From a virus: 64,000 nucleotides of DNA. Both the position numbers and the translations under genes were made by a program. Every line of letters starts with the position of its first letter. The first letter of the stretch is position 1. The notes under the pieces were generated by a model, which saw nothing but the letters and a program-made list of their open reading frames with translations, did not search any database and was not told the DNA's origin. Positions 1 to 8,973 of this stretch are shown one piece after another. The DNA lies in the IMG/VR virus record IMGVR_UViG_3300047480_000598, positions 98,336 to 162,335 of that record; one strand, 5' to 3'.

Positions 1-1475
1 ACTAGATATGCGATTGTGCTATCACCGTCTGCAACTGCTCCGTATTCTCCGTAAACATTTGCGCTGTTGATACTTCTAAATTCTGCACCAAATATTAGAC
101 TTTGATTATATAATCCTTCTGTACCATTAAGAAGATGTATACCTTTCTTAGCATAGTATGTAAACGAATTTAGCCATTCAATTCGTACACCGTTCTTAGC
201 TGTAATTCCGTCTGCATTTGGTGTTATAAAAGTTACCGCATAAAATAAACATGTCGGCGGAATAGTTCCTGTCGGATCAGCAACAGACCCGTCTATGTAA
301 GCACCGCCGCCTGCATCTCCTTCATTGTAACCTAACGGATCTGATACTGTAGTAACTGATCCTCTAGTAATTACAGTAACATTAGAAATATAAGGACTTC
401 GAGCAATTGATTTGAAGTTTAGTGCTAGTTTAAATCCATATCCTGTATAAAAATTACGAATTGTTAGAAATTCTACAGTAGTATCGCCATTTAATAAAAA
501 TGCATCATTATTATTTGTGCTAATAGTCGGTTCAACACTAACAGCTCTAATTCCGGTACCTCTAACACTTACGCCTTGAGGTACTACTAATGGAAATTCT
601 TCTTCGTATTCACCTGGAAAAATGATAATCTCATCGCCTGATACTGCTTGACTTAACGCATACTTTAGCGTACGAAAAGTAGAATGTTGATGATCACCGT
701 GATTAGTGTCGTTTCCGTTTATGCTAACATATAGAGTATTACCTTGAGTTAACGACAGTTCTATATCATTAACAATGAAACTATCGTTAACTGTAAGAGT
801 GTTTGAATATACAGTATATGTGTATAGGTTACCCCACTCCTTTATTAGAGATCCGAGATCATGTTCATCATCGATATTAGGAATAAGATTACTATTAATG
901 TCTGAATTAAAATAAACACTATCATTATCATCAGAACCAATAAAAGTGCTTGTGCCGTCAACAGTAAATTTGCCTGTTACATACAATTCTCCATCGATGT
1001 TAACTTTGTATGTGTTAAATTCAACTATCCCGGTTCCCGAAGGCGATAATTCAATTGAGCTATCTGCAATAACATTTTCTATTAATTGATTAGAAACATG
1101 AATATTGTCGGTGCCGAATCGGGGACCAGATATTCTAGGATTAGTTGCTTGGTTGGGTTGTATGTATAGTGTACTTAAATCATAAAATCGTATTTCGTCG
1201 GAGCTTATTTTCCAGCTTTCTGAATCAATTTTAATATCGGTGTCAACAACAAGACCGTCAGTTCTTATTTCGTTAGGAACTAATAGATCGATGCCGAGTT
1301 GTGTCGAATCTGTAGTCATGCCTATGCGGCCATTTATTATGTCAAGAAATAAAAGATCGGTTTCAAATGCTAAGTTTGCATCATCGAGTTTGCCGCTATC
1401 TGCACCAATTAAATTTCGGCGTAATAGATTATTTTCAAGTAAAGGACCACTAATCCTACCTAATTGTTGAGCCAT
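1..1475 (-). CDS. Fibre/appendage-type structural protein with a pectate-lyase-like beta-helix region (3' end runs off the window)
   Basis: Not in the ORF track. ATG at 1475 reads MAQQLGRISGPLLENNLLRR..., and later LYVSINGNDTNHGDHQHSTFRTLKYALSQAVSGDEIIIFPGEYEEEFPLVVPQGVSVRGTGIRAV, a typical N-cap of parallel beta-helix domains. I saw no stop in the stretches translated. Confidence 0.7.
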   Translation of the reverse strand, partial: MAQQLGRISGPLLENNLLRRNLIGADSGKLDDANLAFETDLLFLDIINGRIGMTTDSTQLGIDLLVPNEIRTDGLVVDTDIKIDSESWKISSDEIRFYDLSTLYIQPNQATNPRISGPRFGTDNIHVSNQLIENVIADSSIELSPSGTGIVEFNTYKVNIDGELYVTGKFTVDGTSTFIGSDDNDSVYFNSDINSNLIPNIDDEHDLGSLIKEWGNLYTYTVYSNTLTVNDSFIVNDIELSLTQGNTLYVSINGNDTNHGDHQHSTFRTLKYALSQAVSGDEIIIFPGEYEEEFPLVVPQGVSVRGTGIRAVSVEPTISTNNNDAFLLNGDTTVEFLTIRNFYTGYGFKLALNFKSIARSPYISNVTVITRGSVTTVSDPLGYNEGDAGGGAYIDGSVADPTGTIPPTCLFYAVTFITPNADGITAKNGVRIEWLNSFTYYAKKGIHLLNGTEGLYNQSLIFGAEFRSINSANVYGEYGAVADGDSTIAYL

Positions 1476-1495
1476 AATTCCCCTATGGACTTAAC

Positions 1496-2263
1496 TTATT
1501 GGTCAAATCCTTGTAATATTGTAACTGGTTTACCTAATGGTACAGGTGTATCAAATGCAACATAATACCCGCTAGTATATCCGCCGCTGATTGTAACTGT
1601 TGATCCTACTGATTCAGCTGTAATCGATTCAAGTACAGTGATAGTAGACGACGATACAGTATCAATTGTGTATGTTCCATCATTACTAGCTGATCCGGAT
1701 ATAGTAATTTCCATTCCTGAATAAAACTTTTTACTTAGAAAATCAACAATTCCGGTATTTGCGCTAATGATAGATTTTGTAACATTGTTAAACGAAAATA
1801 TAGTGTTAGTAACTTCTGCAGGATTTTGAATTAGTTCGTAGTTAGTTCCACTAATTTGGAATACATTTTCGACAAACACTAATATCTGTTTTGCTTTTTG
1901 AGTAATGTCCCAAGATGTTAATGTTGAATCAACAGTTGTTGCAAAAGGTCTATTTATAGGTCCAAAGAGTAATTCAACAAAATTACCGATTCCTAATTCT
2001 TGTTGTGTAATTTCGGTCGGTTCTTTAAATCTTAAACTTCTCCATGTTCCGCTCTGATAAATCTCAAGTTCTCCGCCAACTCCTAAAGATGTATTATATC
2101 GCAACATTCCATCAAGAGGCGATACCGGTCTTTGTGCAGTTGTTCCCTTAGGTACTAACAAGTTATTAGTAGTTGTCATTACGATACTATCGGTCATGTC
2201 AACATACAATCTTTGATCGTAGGGTGCTCTTTTGTTAATATTTTGTTGTCTTAAATATCGCAT
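1496..2263 (-). CDS. Putative virion structural protein
   Basis: 255-aa ORF with a VPKGTTAQRP..GMLRYNT..ELEIY motif common in phage fibre proteins; tightly packed in the structural operon. Confidence 0.6.
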   Translation of the reverse strand: MRYLRQQNINKRAPYDQRLYVDMTDSIVMTTTNNLLVPKGTTAQRPVSPLDGMLRYNTSLGVGGELEIYQSGTWRSLRFKEPTEITQQELGIGNFVELLFGPINRPFATTVDSTLTSWDITQKAKQILVFVENVFQISGTNYELIQNPAEVTNTIFSFNNVTKSIISANTGIVDFLSKKFYSGMEITISGSASNDGTYTIDTVSSSTITVLESITAESVGSTVTISGGYTSGYYVAFDTPVPLGKPVTILQGFDQ

Positions 2264-2265
2264 AA

Positions 2266-2598
2266 TTAGACTGCCAATGTACTTACTGTTGATACTAAAT
2301 TATCCGGTGATTCACTTTTTGCAATTAATCTATCTCCATCTGCAAGAACCATTTTTTCTTGATCAAAACTTACTGTTTCTCCTGCAGGAATAGGTAACTT
2401 ATTAACAATTAAGTGAACACTGCTTTGTGTTTCACCAAATGGAACAGCATACAAGTATAAGTATGTTTTTCCAGTTTCTGGATTTAAAGGATCATACACA
2501 GCAGTATTACATACGATTACTGTAGTAATGGCATTATTTCCGTTGCTAGTATAAAGTGTAGTATCTGTAGTTCCAATTGCGGTATTTTTAATTGCCAT
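2266..2598 (-). CDS. Small beta-rich hypothetical structural protein
   Basis: 110-aa ORF with an AGGA RBS, coupled to its neighbours. Confidence 0.6.
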   Translation of the reverse strand: MAIKNTAIGTTDTTLYTSNGNNAITTVIVCNTAVYDPLNPETGKTYLYLYAVPFGETQSSVHLIVNKLPIPAGETVSFDQEKMVLADGDRLIAKSESPDNLVSTVSTLAV

Positions 2599-2607
2599 AA
2601 ACTTTCC

Positions 2608-3627
2608 TTAAAATAACATGCTAAAAAGTAATGCTCGATTTTTAGCTACTAATTCGTCTGATGCTATATTGTTAGCAAAAAATATTCCACTTCTTCCGGG
2701 TGTTTGAGCTAATGTAGTTAACTGAGATTTTGAAAATATTTTAGTAGTTCCAGTTAACGGCCCCGGAGATAATAATTGATCATTTAGGTTTATAATTGCA
2801 TCAACTTCTACATTATTGTTGTTTGCAGTTAATACTAAATTATTTGTAGTATTTGTTATTGTATCTGTAAATAGATTAACATTATCTACATACAAACCAA
2901 AACTATTAATTCTAGATCTTAAAGATTCATTGATAAAAAAGTCTAACCGATTACTATATGCTTGTGTCCTTGACAAAATAGTTCCGCCTGTGCGATAAGT
3001 AATTTTATCAACATCGGCTACACCAGGAGTTACATTTCCTGCTTGTATATACATTTGCACATATCTTTTGTTAACTATGAAATTATCTTGAGCGGTTAAC
3101 GGGACAGTAATATCTGGATCACCGATAATTGGATCAGTTCCAAATACTCGTGTAGCATATGCCCCTGCATCGGTGTTAACTAGTTCAAGTGATTTATTAG
3201 TACCTTTAATATCAAAATATAAATTATGTTCTCCATCAACTCTAATTGTTGATAGTTGTAATCCACTTTTGTGACCGTCATCTGTTCTTAAAACAAATGT
3301 TCCGTCAAGATTAGTGGAAGAGTAAGGATCATAATGCTGTACGGTTTCGTCAAAAAGAAACTCTGCATTAGTTAAACTTCCTCTGTCGATAGTAATACCA
3401 GCTGTATCTTCAGTAATACCGGATCCTTGTTCTCCGTTGTTTAAGATAATTGTATTATCTTCTACATACATCTCTGTAACATTAACTGTAGTATATGTGC
3501 CATCAATTATTAAGTTGCCGGTAATTCTTACATCACCAACTTCGATTCCGGTGTCTAATATGATTGTACCGCCAGATTGAACTCTTAGACGATAATTATT
3601 TTCACTGACGTTTAGTACTCTTGACAT
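2608..3627 (-). CDS. Putative fibre/structural protein
   Basis: 339 aa. Its VRITGNLIIDGTYTTVN...VEDNTIILN segment matches VRIRGNLTVEGSSTTIN...IEDLVFEI in fibre 47781..49496. Confidence 0.6.
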   Translation of the reverse strand: MSRVLNVSENNYRLRVQSGGTIILDTGIEVGDVRITGNLIIDGTYTTVNVTEMYVEDNTIILNNGEQGSGITEDTAGITIDRGSLTNAEFLFDETVQHYDPYSSTNLDGTFVLRTDDGHKSGLQLSTIRVDGEHNLYFDIKGTNKSLELVNTDAGAYATRVFGTDPIIGDPDITVPLTAQDNFIVNKRYVQMYIQAGNVTPGVADVDKITYRTGGTILSRTQAYSNRLDFFINESLRSRINSFGLYVDNVNLFTDTITNTTNNLVLTANNNNVEVDAIINLNDQLLSPGPLTGTTKIFSKSQLTTLAQTPGRSGIFFANNIASDELVAKNRALLFSMLF

Positions 3628-3644
3628 TATTAATCCTTAAAGTC

Positions 3645-3664
3645 GGGGGCCGGAGCCCCCTTTT
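3645..3664 (-). terminator. GC-rich hairpin, possible terminator or processing site
   Basis: GGGGGC-TCCG-GCCCCC on the minus strand just after the stop at 3667; the U-tract is weak. Confidence 0.5.
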
Positions 3665-3666
3665 AA

Positions 3667-4647
3667 TTAAGCGTTCTCAATTACAACTTGTGAGTCTTCA
3701 ATGGTTGTAGTAAATGACCACTTAGCACTTTGACCGCTAGCAAATTGACTACCTGCACTTGAACTCAATCTTGCTACTGCTGCTGGAACTAATACAACTT
3801 TTCTACTAGTGATTTTCTTTACTAGATAAGTTCCGCCGGCACTATCTGTTGCAACAACATTCATTTCGCCTGCTGCATCAGCAGTTGTTGTTGTAAGTTC
3901 ACAAATTCCAGTTCCGGTTGCATTTTCAACTTTGAATCTGCGATCGTTTGTTTGTTTAACAATATCTGCACGTAGTAAACTACCACCAGTTAAGTATGCA
4001 TAAGCAACGATTGCATTTTCGTTATTACCGTATTCGAATGCTGATCCTGAGTCAGTTTCAAGAACTACTGTACCGGCAGCTTTATCGCCTGCTCCGCCTG
4101 CACCGTTACTAAATGTTACTGCGGCATCTGCGGCATTTGTATAACCAGATCCTTGTTCTGTAACAACTACTGCTTTAACACGGTATGTTACATCGACTGT
4201 TAAATCATCACCGCCTTCACCAGTAACTTTAGTTGTTGTAACACCACTAGTTAATCCAGTTAGTACTGTTTGCTCACCACGCGAACCGCCTGTGAAATCT
4301 ACAGTTAACACTACACCGTTAGTCGGTGCATCGCTAACTGATGCGACACGAACAACCAAACCGCCTGCACCATCGACTGTGATTAAATCGCCAACATCAT
4401 AATCTGTTCCACCAGCATTAACGGTAACTGCTAATGCTTCCATAGTTACTGTTCCAGTTGCTCGAACAGCTCCAGCACCTGTTAAATCGGGTGTATCAAA
4501 AGTTGCAGTTGCTCTAGTGGTATATACTCCAGGGGTATCAATAGTTACACTAGCAACTCTTTTTCCGCCTAACTCGTCATCAGCTGTTGTGCTTGATGAT
4601 CCTAAATTACGATTACCAAAATATTTTTTGTTTAATGGACGTCCCAT
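3667..4647 (-). CDS. Putative head decoration/structural protein
   Basis: 326 aa, Gly/Thr/Ala/Val-rich with VxxxGxxY repeats; strong AAGGAG RBS; directly downstream of the MCP with its own late-type promoter. Confidence 0.6.
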   Translation of the reverse strand: MGRPLNKKYFGNRNLGSSSTTADDELGGKRVASVTIDTPGVYTTRATATFDTPDLTGAGAVRATGTVTMEALAVTVNAGGTDYDVGDLITVDGAGGLVVRVASVSDAPTNGVVLTVDFTGGSRGEQTVLTGLTSGVTTTKVTGEGGDDLTVDVTYRVKAVVVTEQGSGYTNAADAAVTFSNGAGGAGDKAAGTVVLETDSGSAFEYGNNENAIVAYAYLTGGSLLRADIVKQTNDRRFKVENATGTGICELTTTTADAAGEMNVVATDSAGGTYLVKKITSRKVVLVPAAVARLSSSAGSQFASGQSAKWSFTTTIEDSQVVIENA

Positions 4648-4728
4648 TTGTTTTCTCCTTAAATATGACGTTCTAGGTCTACGCAGAGGGATTCTGCATA
4701 AGTCTCTTTCGAGCTCATTTTAGACATA

Positions 4729-4737
4729 GTATTTATT
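4729..4737 (-). promoter_or_regulatory. T4-type late promoter (AATAAATAC)
   Basis: TAAATA core located between the MCP terminator and the next gene. The T4 gp55 consensus is TATAAATA. Confidence 0.6.
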
Positions 4738-4742
4738 CAATC

Positions 4743-4770
4743 AAAAAGAAAGGCTCCGAAGAGCCTTTCT
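4743..4770 (-). terminator. Rho-independent terminator after the MCP
   Basis: AGAAAGGCTC-TTCG-GAGCCTTTCT-TTTT: 10-bp stem, C(UUCG)G tetraloop and U-tract. Confidence 0.9.
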
Positions 4771-4795
4771 AATAAAGTTCCAAAAAAGTAATTTC

Positions 4796-5959
4796 TTACT
4801 TGAACGAAACGTTTGAAAGTTCAACCTTTCCAAGGTAGTCAGCAGCGTTACCAAGTGATGATGCTGTGTTTGTTAACTCAACATATCCGTAACGTGTCAT
4901 GAAGCTAACTACTGGTTCGAAGGTAGACGGATCAAGAACAACACCGCTGCTCATTAATGGAATGTATGGGCAGTAGAATGCTGCTGCGTCACTTTCGCTA
5001 GAACCTTTATAACCGATAAGAACATCAGTTGAGTCAGTAGCATAAGTGTTAACATAGACCTTCATTGCATTGTTTAAAGTACCAACAAACTTAGTGTTAG
5101 TCGGAGCTTCAAAAGTACCTTCAGTTGTGCGAGCAAAAGCTGAAGTTGTAGCTGATTGAAGGATAGTTAGTGCAAATGGGCTAACAACTGCCCAGTTACC
5201 TGCACCGCGACGTGTACGTTGTGCAATTAAGTTAGATACACGGTTGATTAAAACTGCTAATGCAGCGTGTTCGTCACCGACGAATGTAGCTGTACCAGAA
5301 ACTGCATTTTGGTCAAAAGTTTCAGTAGCAGTACCTGCTAATGATGCTAATGAACCAAGGATTTCTTGGTCGATTTCAGCTGTGATTTCTTGAGCAAGAG
5401 CAGCCATTACTTCTGCTTCAATGTCAATACCTTGTTGAGCTTGTGCATCTTGTGCAGCTTCGAAAGTCCAGCGTGCGCTTAACTTACGAGTCTTAGCTTC
5501 AACAGTTTGCTTTAAGATCTGGATAGACATTCTCTTACCAGCTGCACCTTCTAATGTAGCTGTTGAGGTTGCCTTTGAACCTGGGTCTGCATCGTTACCT
5601 GAGTAACCAGCAGCAATCTTAAATGGGCTAAGTGCTTCTTCACCTGCTACTACGCCAGTTGCGTTATCTGCATAACGAACACGTAGAGTATGGATTTGCC
5701 CAACTGGTCCAGTCATTGGTTGAACACCAACTAATTCGTTAGCAATAACGGTTGGCATTACACGTCGAATTACTGGAAGAATGACGCGATTTAATGTTGA
5801 TATGTTGCCGGCAGAAGTAGCACCAGCAGTCGGTGATTCCATCAAATACTTACGAGTATTTTCTAGGGTAACACCCATTACTGATTTTTTTGTGCCTTGT
5901 AAGCCTTCTAATAGGGCTTCTTTAGTATCTGCCCAACGGCCAGTAAGTAGTTCTGACAT
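4796..5959 (-). CDS. gp23: Major capsid protein (T4 gp23 family)
   Basis: Motifs RRVMPTVIANELVGVQPMTGPVGQI, VEAKTRKLSARWTFEAAQD, FYCPYIPL and FMTRYG. Confidence 0.97.
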   Translation of the reverse strand: MSELLTGRWADTKEALLEGLQGTKKSVMGVTLENTRKYLMESPTAGATSAGNISTLNRVILPVIRRVMPTVIANELVGVQPMTGPVGQIHTLRVRYADNATGVVAGEEALSPFKIAAGYSGNDADPGSKATSTATLEGAAGKRMSIQILKQTVEAKTRKLSARWTFEAAQDAQAQQGIDIEAEVMAALAQEITAEIDQEILGSLASLAGTATETFDQNAVSGTATFVGDEHAALAVLINRVSNLIAQRTRRGAGNWAVVSPFALTILQSATTSAFARTTEGTFEAPTNTKFVGTLNNAMKVYVNTYATDSTDVLIGYKGSSESDAAAFYCPYIPLMSSGVVLDPSTFEPVVSFMTRYGYVELTNTASSLGNAADYLGKVELSNVSFK

Positions 5960-5970
5960 TTAAATTCTCC

Positions 5971-7065
5971 TTAAATTTTTAGTCCAGCAAGGCGGCGAAT
6001 GTCGACAATATTCGAATCATCCTCGCTGCTACGAATGCTGTTGGAAACTTTGTTTCCTGTAATTTCTTTAGCCTCAATTAGTGCCTGTTTCTTCTGCGGA
6101 GCTTTTCCAGCAACAACTGCCGGTAGATACTTGTCAAAACTTTCTGTAAGTTTCGATGTTTTCACACTCTCCATCAATTCACCCATGATTCGACGTTGCT
6201 CTGAACTTAACGGAGCAAGTAATTCACTCATGATTTCTTTTCTTTGTTGCGATTCTTTAAGTCTCGCAATCTCTGCGTTTTTACTTTCTACTAGTGACTT
6301 AGCTTCTAAAGCCTTATCTTCGGCTTCAGCGATTGCCAACTCCTTCATGTCTATGACCTTGAGTAACTTTGCAGTTTCAGATTTTTCGCTTAAGTAGGAA
6401 GTTGAGTATTCAGCTGCAAATGCTTCGAATAGCTTACGACCGAAATCGTTACGACGAGCTGAATCGATGTCTTCTTTAAGTGATGCTAGTTCAGTCTTTA
6501 AACTTTCGCTAACAACTTTGTTAACCATCTTAGCTGCACGTTGTACAAACTCTTCCTTAACTTTTTTGATCTGTTCTTTACCTTCGCGGACAACACGTAC
6601 CTTTGTAGCAGCTACGTCTTGCTTGTCCTTGTAAAACTCAGTAATTTCTTGAGCTAGAGCTTCGACAACAAATTGTTCTAATTTGCCAAACTTTTTAGCC
6701 ATTACGACTTGATCTTCATGCAATTCACGAACTTCTGATGCTAATTGACGAGTAACAAATTTACTCATTGTGTTAGCACTTTCAGTCATTTTCTTAGCAT
6801 ACTTTACTTTCATTTCTGCTAAGTGCTTGCGATCGTCTACGAATTCTGCAAGTTCGCCTGCTAGTCCGTCAGTAATCATACGATTAACTGCTTCAATCAT
6901 AACGTTCTTATCGTGATCGTATTTTTGTGCAAATTCTTCACGCAATTGTTGTGCAACTTGTTCGCGATTTTCAGTGATCTTCGCTTCCCAAGCTGACTCG
7001 ATTGACTCTTGAATCTCTTCAGAAATCACATTGTTTTCGAATAACTTTTTTAATGCATCCAACAT
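5971..7065 (-). CDS. gp22: Prohead core/scaffold protein (gp22-like)
   Basis: 364-aa Glu/Lys-rich coiled coil lying between the protease and the MCP, as in T4 gene order. Confidence 0.8.
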   Translation of the reverse strand: MLDALKKLFENNVISEEIQESIESAWEAKITENREQVAQQLREEFAQKYDHDKNVMIEAVNRMITDGLAGELAEFVDDRKHLAEMKVKYAKKMTESANTMSKFVTRQLASEVRELHEDQVVMAKKFGKLEQFVVEALAQEITEFYKDKQDVAATKVRVVREGKEQIKKVKEEFVQRAAKMVNKVVSESLKTELASLKEDIDSARRNDFGRKLFEAFAAEYSTSYLSEKSETAKLLKVIDMKELAIAEAEDKALEAKSLVESKNAEIARLKESQQRKEIMSELLAPLSSEQRRIMGELMESVKTSKLTESFDKYLPAVVAGKAPQKKQALIEAKEITGNKVSNSIRSSEDDSNIVDIRRLAGLKI

Positions 7066-7078
7066 GTGATTCTCCTTG

Positions 7079-7705
7079 TTATTGGAGTTTGCTTATTATT
7101 CCTAATAAGCTCTCTTTGAGATATTTTTGTGCTTTCGGATCACCCTTCACCTCTTGCGCTATGCGTAAGGCACTATAACCTCCCTTATTGTTCATAAGGT
7201 GTTCATAGATTGGTGTCGGATAAGCTCCCGGTGCACTAGGTTGAGCTACCATATCTACTGTGATAATCTCAAAATCTGATACTTCGCCAGATCCGTCATC
7301 TTTAACGTTTCCGGATCCTCGACTTGACACACCTAATTTTACGCCGCTTTCGAGCATAGTCTTAATTAGCTGTCCCATTGGGGTTGGTAAAATTTTCAAT
7401 TTACCATAACCATTTGGACCGTCCATCCACATATTTGTTATCATGTGCGACACACGGTCCAGGTTAATTTTTAGATCATCTGGATGGTCTACTTCTCCAA
7501 GAACAGAGTAACCATTTTGAATCTGATCGTTAAGAGTTTTCACTGCCCTGCTAATCTCACTCACAGGATAAACTCGTTGATTAGCATTGCGAATGCCTCC
7601 TTGTATACAAATACCATTCATATACAAGTTCTTACCTTCTTTATCGTCAGATTCAAGTACGATTTTTGCCTCGTTAAAGGTTAAGTTTTCTCGAAGATGT
7701 AACAT
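7079..7705 (-). CDS. gp21: Prohead core protease
   Basis: Motifs NANQRVYP, GEVDHP, GVSSRGSG and DMVAQPSAPGA of the T4 gp21 family. Confidence 0.95.
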   Translation of the reverse strand: MLHLRENLTFNEAKIVLESDDKEGKNLYMNGICIQGGIRNANQRVYPVSEISRAVKTLNDQIQNGYSVLGEVDHPDDLKINLDRVSHMITNMWMDGPNGYGKLKILPTPMGQLIKTMLESGVKLGVSSRGSGNVKDDGSGEVSDFEIITVDMVAQPSAPGAYPTPIYEHLMNNKGGYSALRIAQEVKGDPKAQKYLKESLLGIISKLQ

Positions 7706-7715
7706 CTATATAACC

Positions 7716-8613
7716 TTATCTTACTTTCTTACCAATAAGACTGCTCTTATTGTCGGCCTTTTCAGAAGTGCCTTTCTTCTCTGCACCGTGACCTGGTTCT
7801 CTGTGTGTAAAGCCAGTCTTTCCTGCCTTACCGCCAGGTACATTGATGTTTCCAAAGTTTTCTTCCTTAGGATTGCCTTTGAATACACCGTTGCCTTTTA
7901 GGTGACCTTTATTTGCAAATGTAGGGGATTCAGTATCACCACGTAGGATGTTAGCTGTTGTTCCGCCCATATCGTTCTTCATGTTATCAACAACACTCTT
8001 GGTGTTAACACCGTTATCACCGTGCTTAGGAAGTGCTACTTTGTTCACATATTCCATGAATTCCATGAATTCTTCATCACTTGCTTGTGTTTCATCGTGG
8101 ATGTAGTGGTGTACTTCTTTGACTTCCTTATCGTCTGCACCCAAATTCGTCTCCGCCCATATCATCTTCTTCACCACCGAAATCCATTTCTGAATGTTCT
8201 GGTTCTTCTGATTCACCGGACATTAATTGATCAAATTCAGCTTTTAGTTCTTCTAAAGCATCTTCAAGATCCATAACGCGATCTTCTAAATCTTCGTCTC
8301 CACTTTCTGAATCAAATTCAGTGTCAGAGTCGTCAGCAAAGTCGTCAGAAGCATCACCTTCTTCATCTTCACCTTCTTCATCTTCCTCTTCTTCGCCTTC
8401 TTCCTCTTCACCGCCGAAAGGGTTAGATGAATCGTCTTCTGACTCTTCTTCCTCTTCTTCAGCTTCGTTTAGATCGAAGTCTTCTGCTAATAATTCTTCA
8501 TAAATTTCACGCGATTTCGCAACTACGATATTGTGAAATATTTCCTTTGCTGCTTCTTGGTCTTCGTTAATTAAGGCCTCAAGCATTGCTTCAAATTGAG
8601 CACGGTCAGTCAT
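7716..8613 (-). CDS. Acidic prohead core protein (gp67/gp68-like position); probably one gene split by a +1 frameshift near 8140
   Basis: ORFs 8128..8613 and 7716..8216 overlap. Removing one G from GAA TTT GGG TGC AGA CGA TAA gives EFGADDKEVK... and a continuous ~298-aa protein. Confidence 0.65.
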
Positions 8614-8725
8614 AATTTTTTTCTCCTGTGAATAATTACAAGGCTGTAGTATTATTTACAATTAATTTATAAAAATAGGATAATATCGCCTAAAAATAGA
8701 CGATTTTAATCTCATGTAGGATTAT

Positions 8726-8965
8726 TTATATCTGAGGAGGTGGTTGTGTCTTATACATACTTTGTATAAACGATAGCTCACCCTCTTGTTCGATAATGTG
8801 CGCTTCGCTAGATTTTCTAAGTTCGTTTAACTGTTTTAATGTTAATCGTGTTTTTCTAGTGTCATTGCGGTGCAGGGTAGTAGCATCTCGGTTAGAATCA
8901 TATCTAAAATCGTTTGCTACACGTCTAGTATCCGGATCAATATAAAACAATTCTCTTAATATCAT
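8726..8965 (-). CDS. Small hypothetical head-module protein
   Basis: 79-aa ORF between the portal and core genes. Confidence 0.7.
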   Translation of the reverse strand: MILRELFYIDPDTRRVANDFRYDSNRDATTLHRNDTRKTRLTLKQLNELRKSSEAHIIEQEGELSFIQSMYKTQPPPQI

Positions 8966-8973
8966 AATCTTAT

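Noticed and set aside
8321-8470. (TCT)n-like low-complexity repeat
   Set aside because: It is simply the poly-Glu/Asp coding tract of the acidic core protein.
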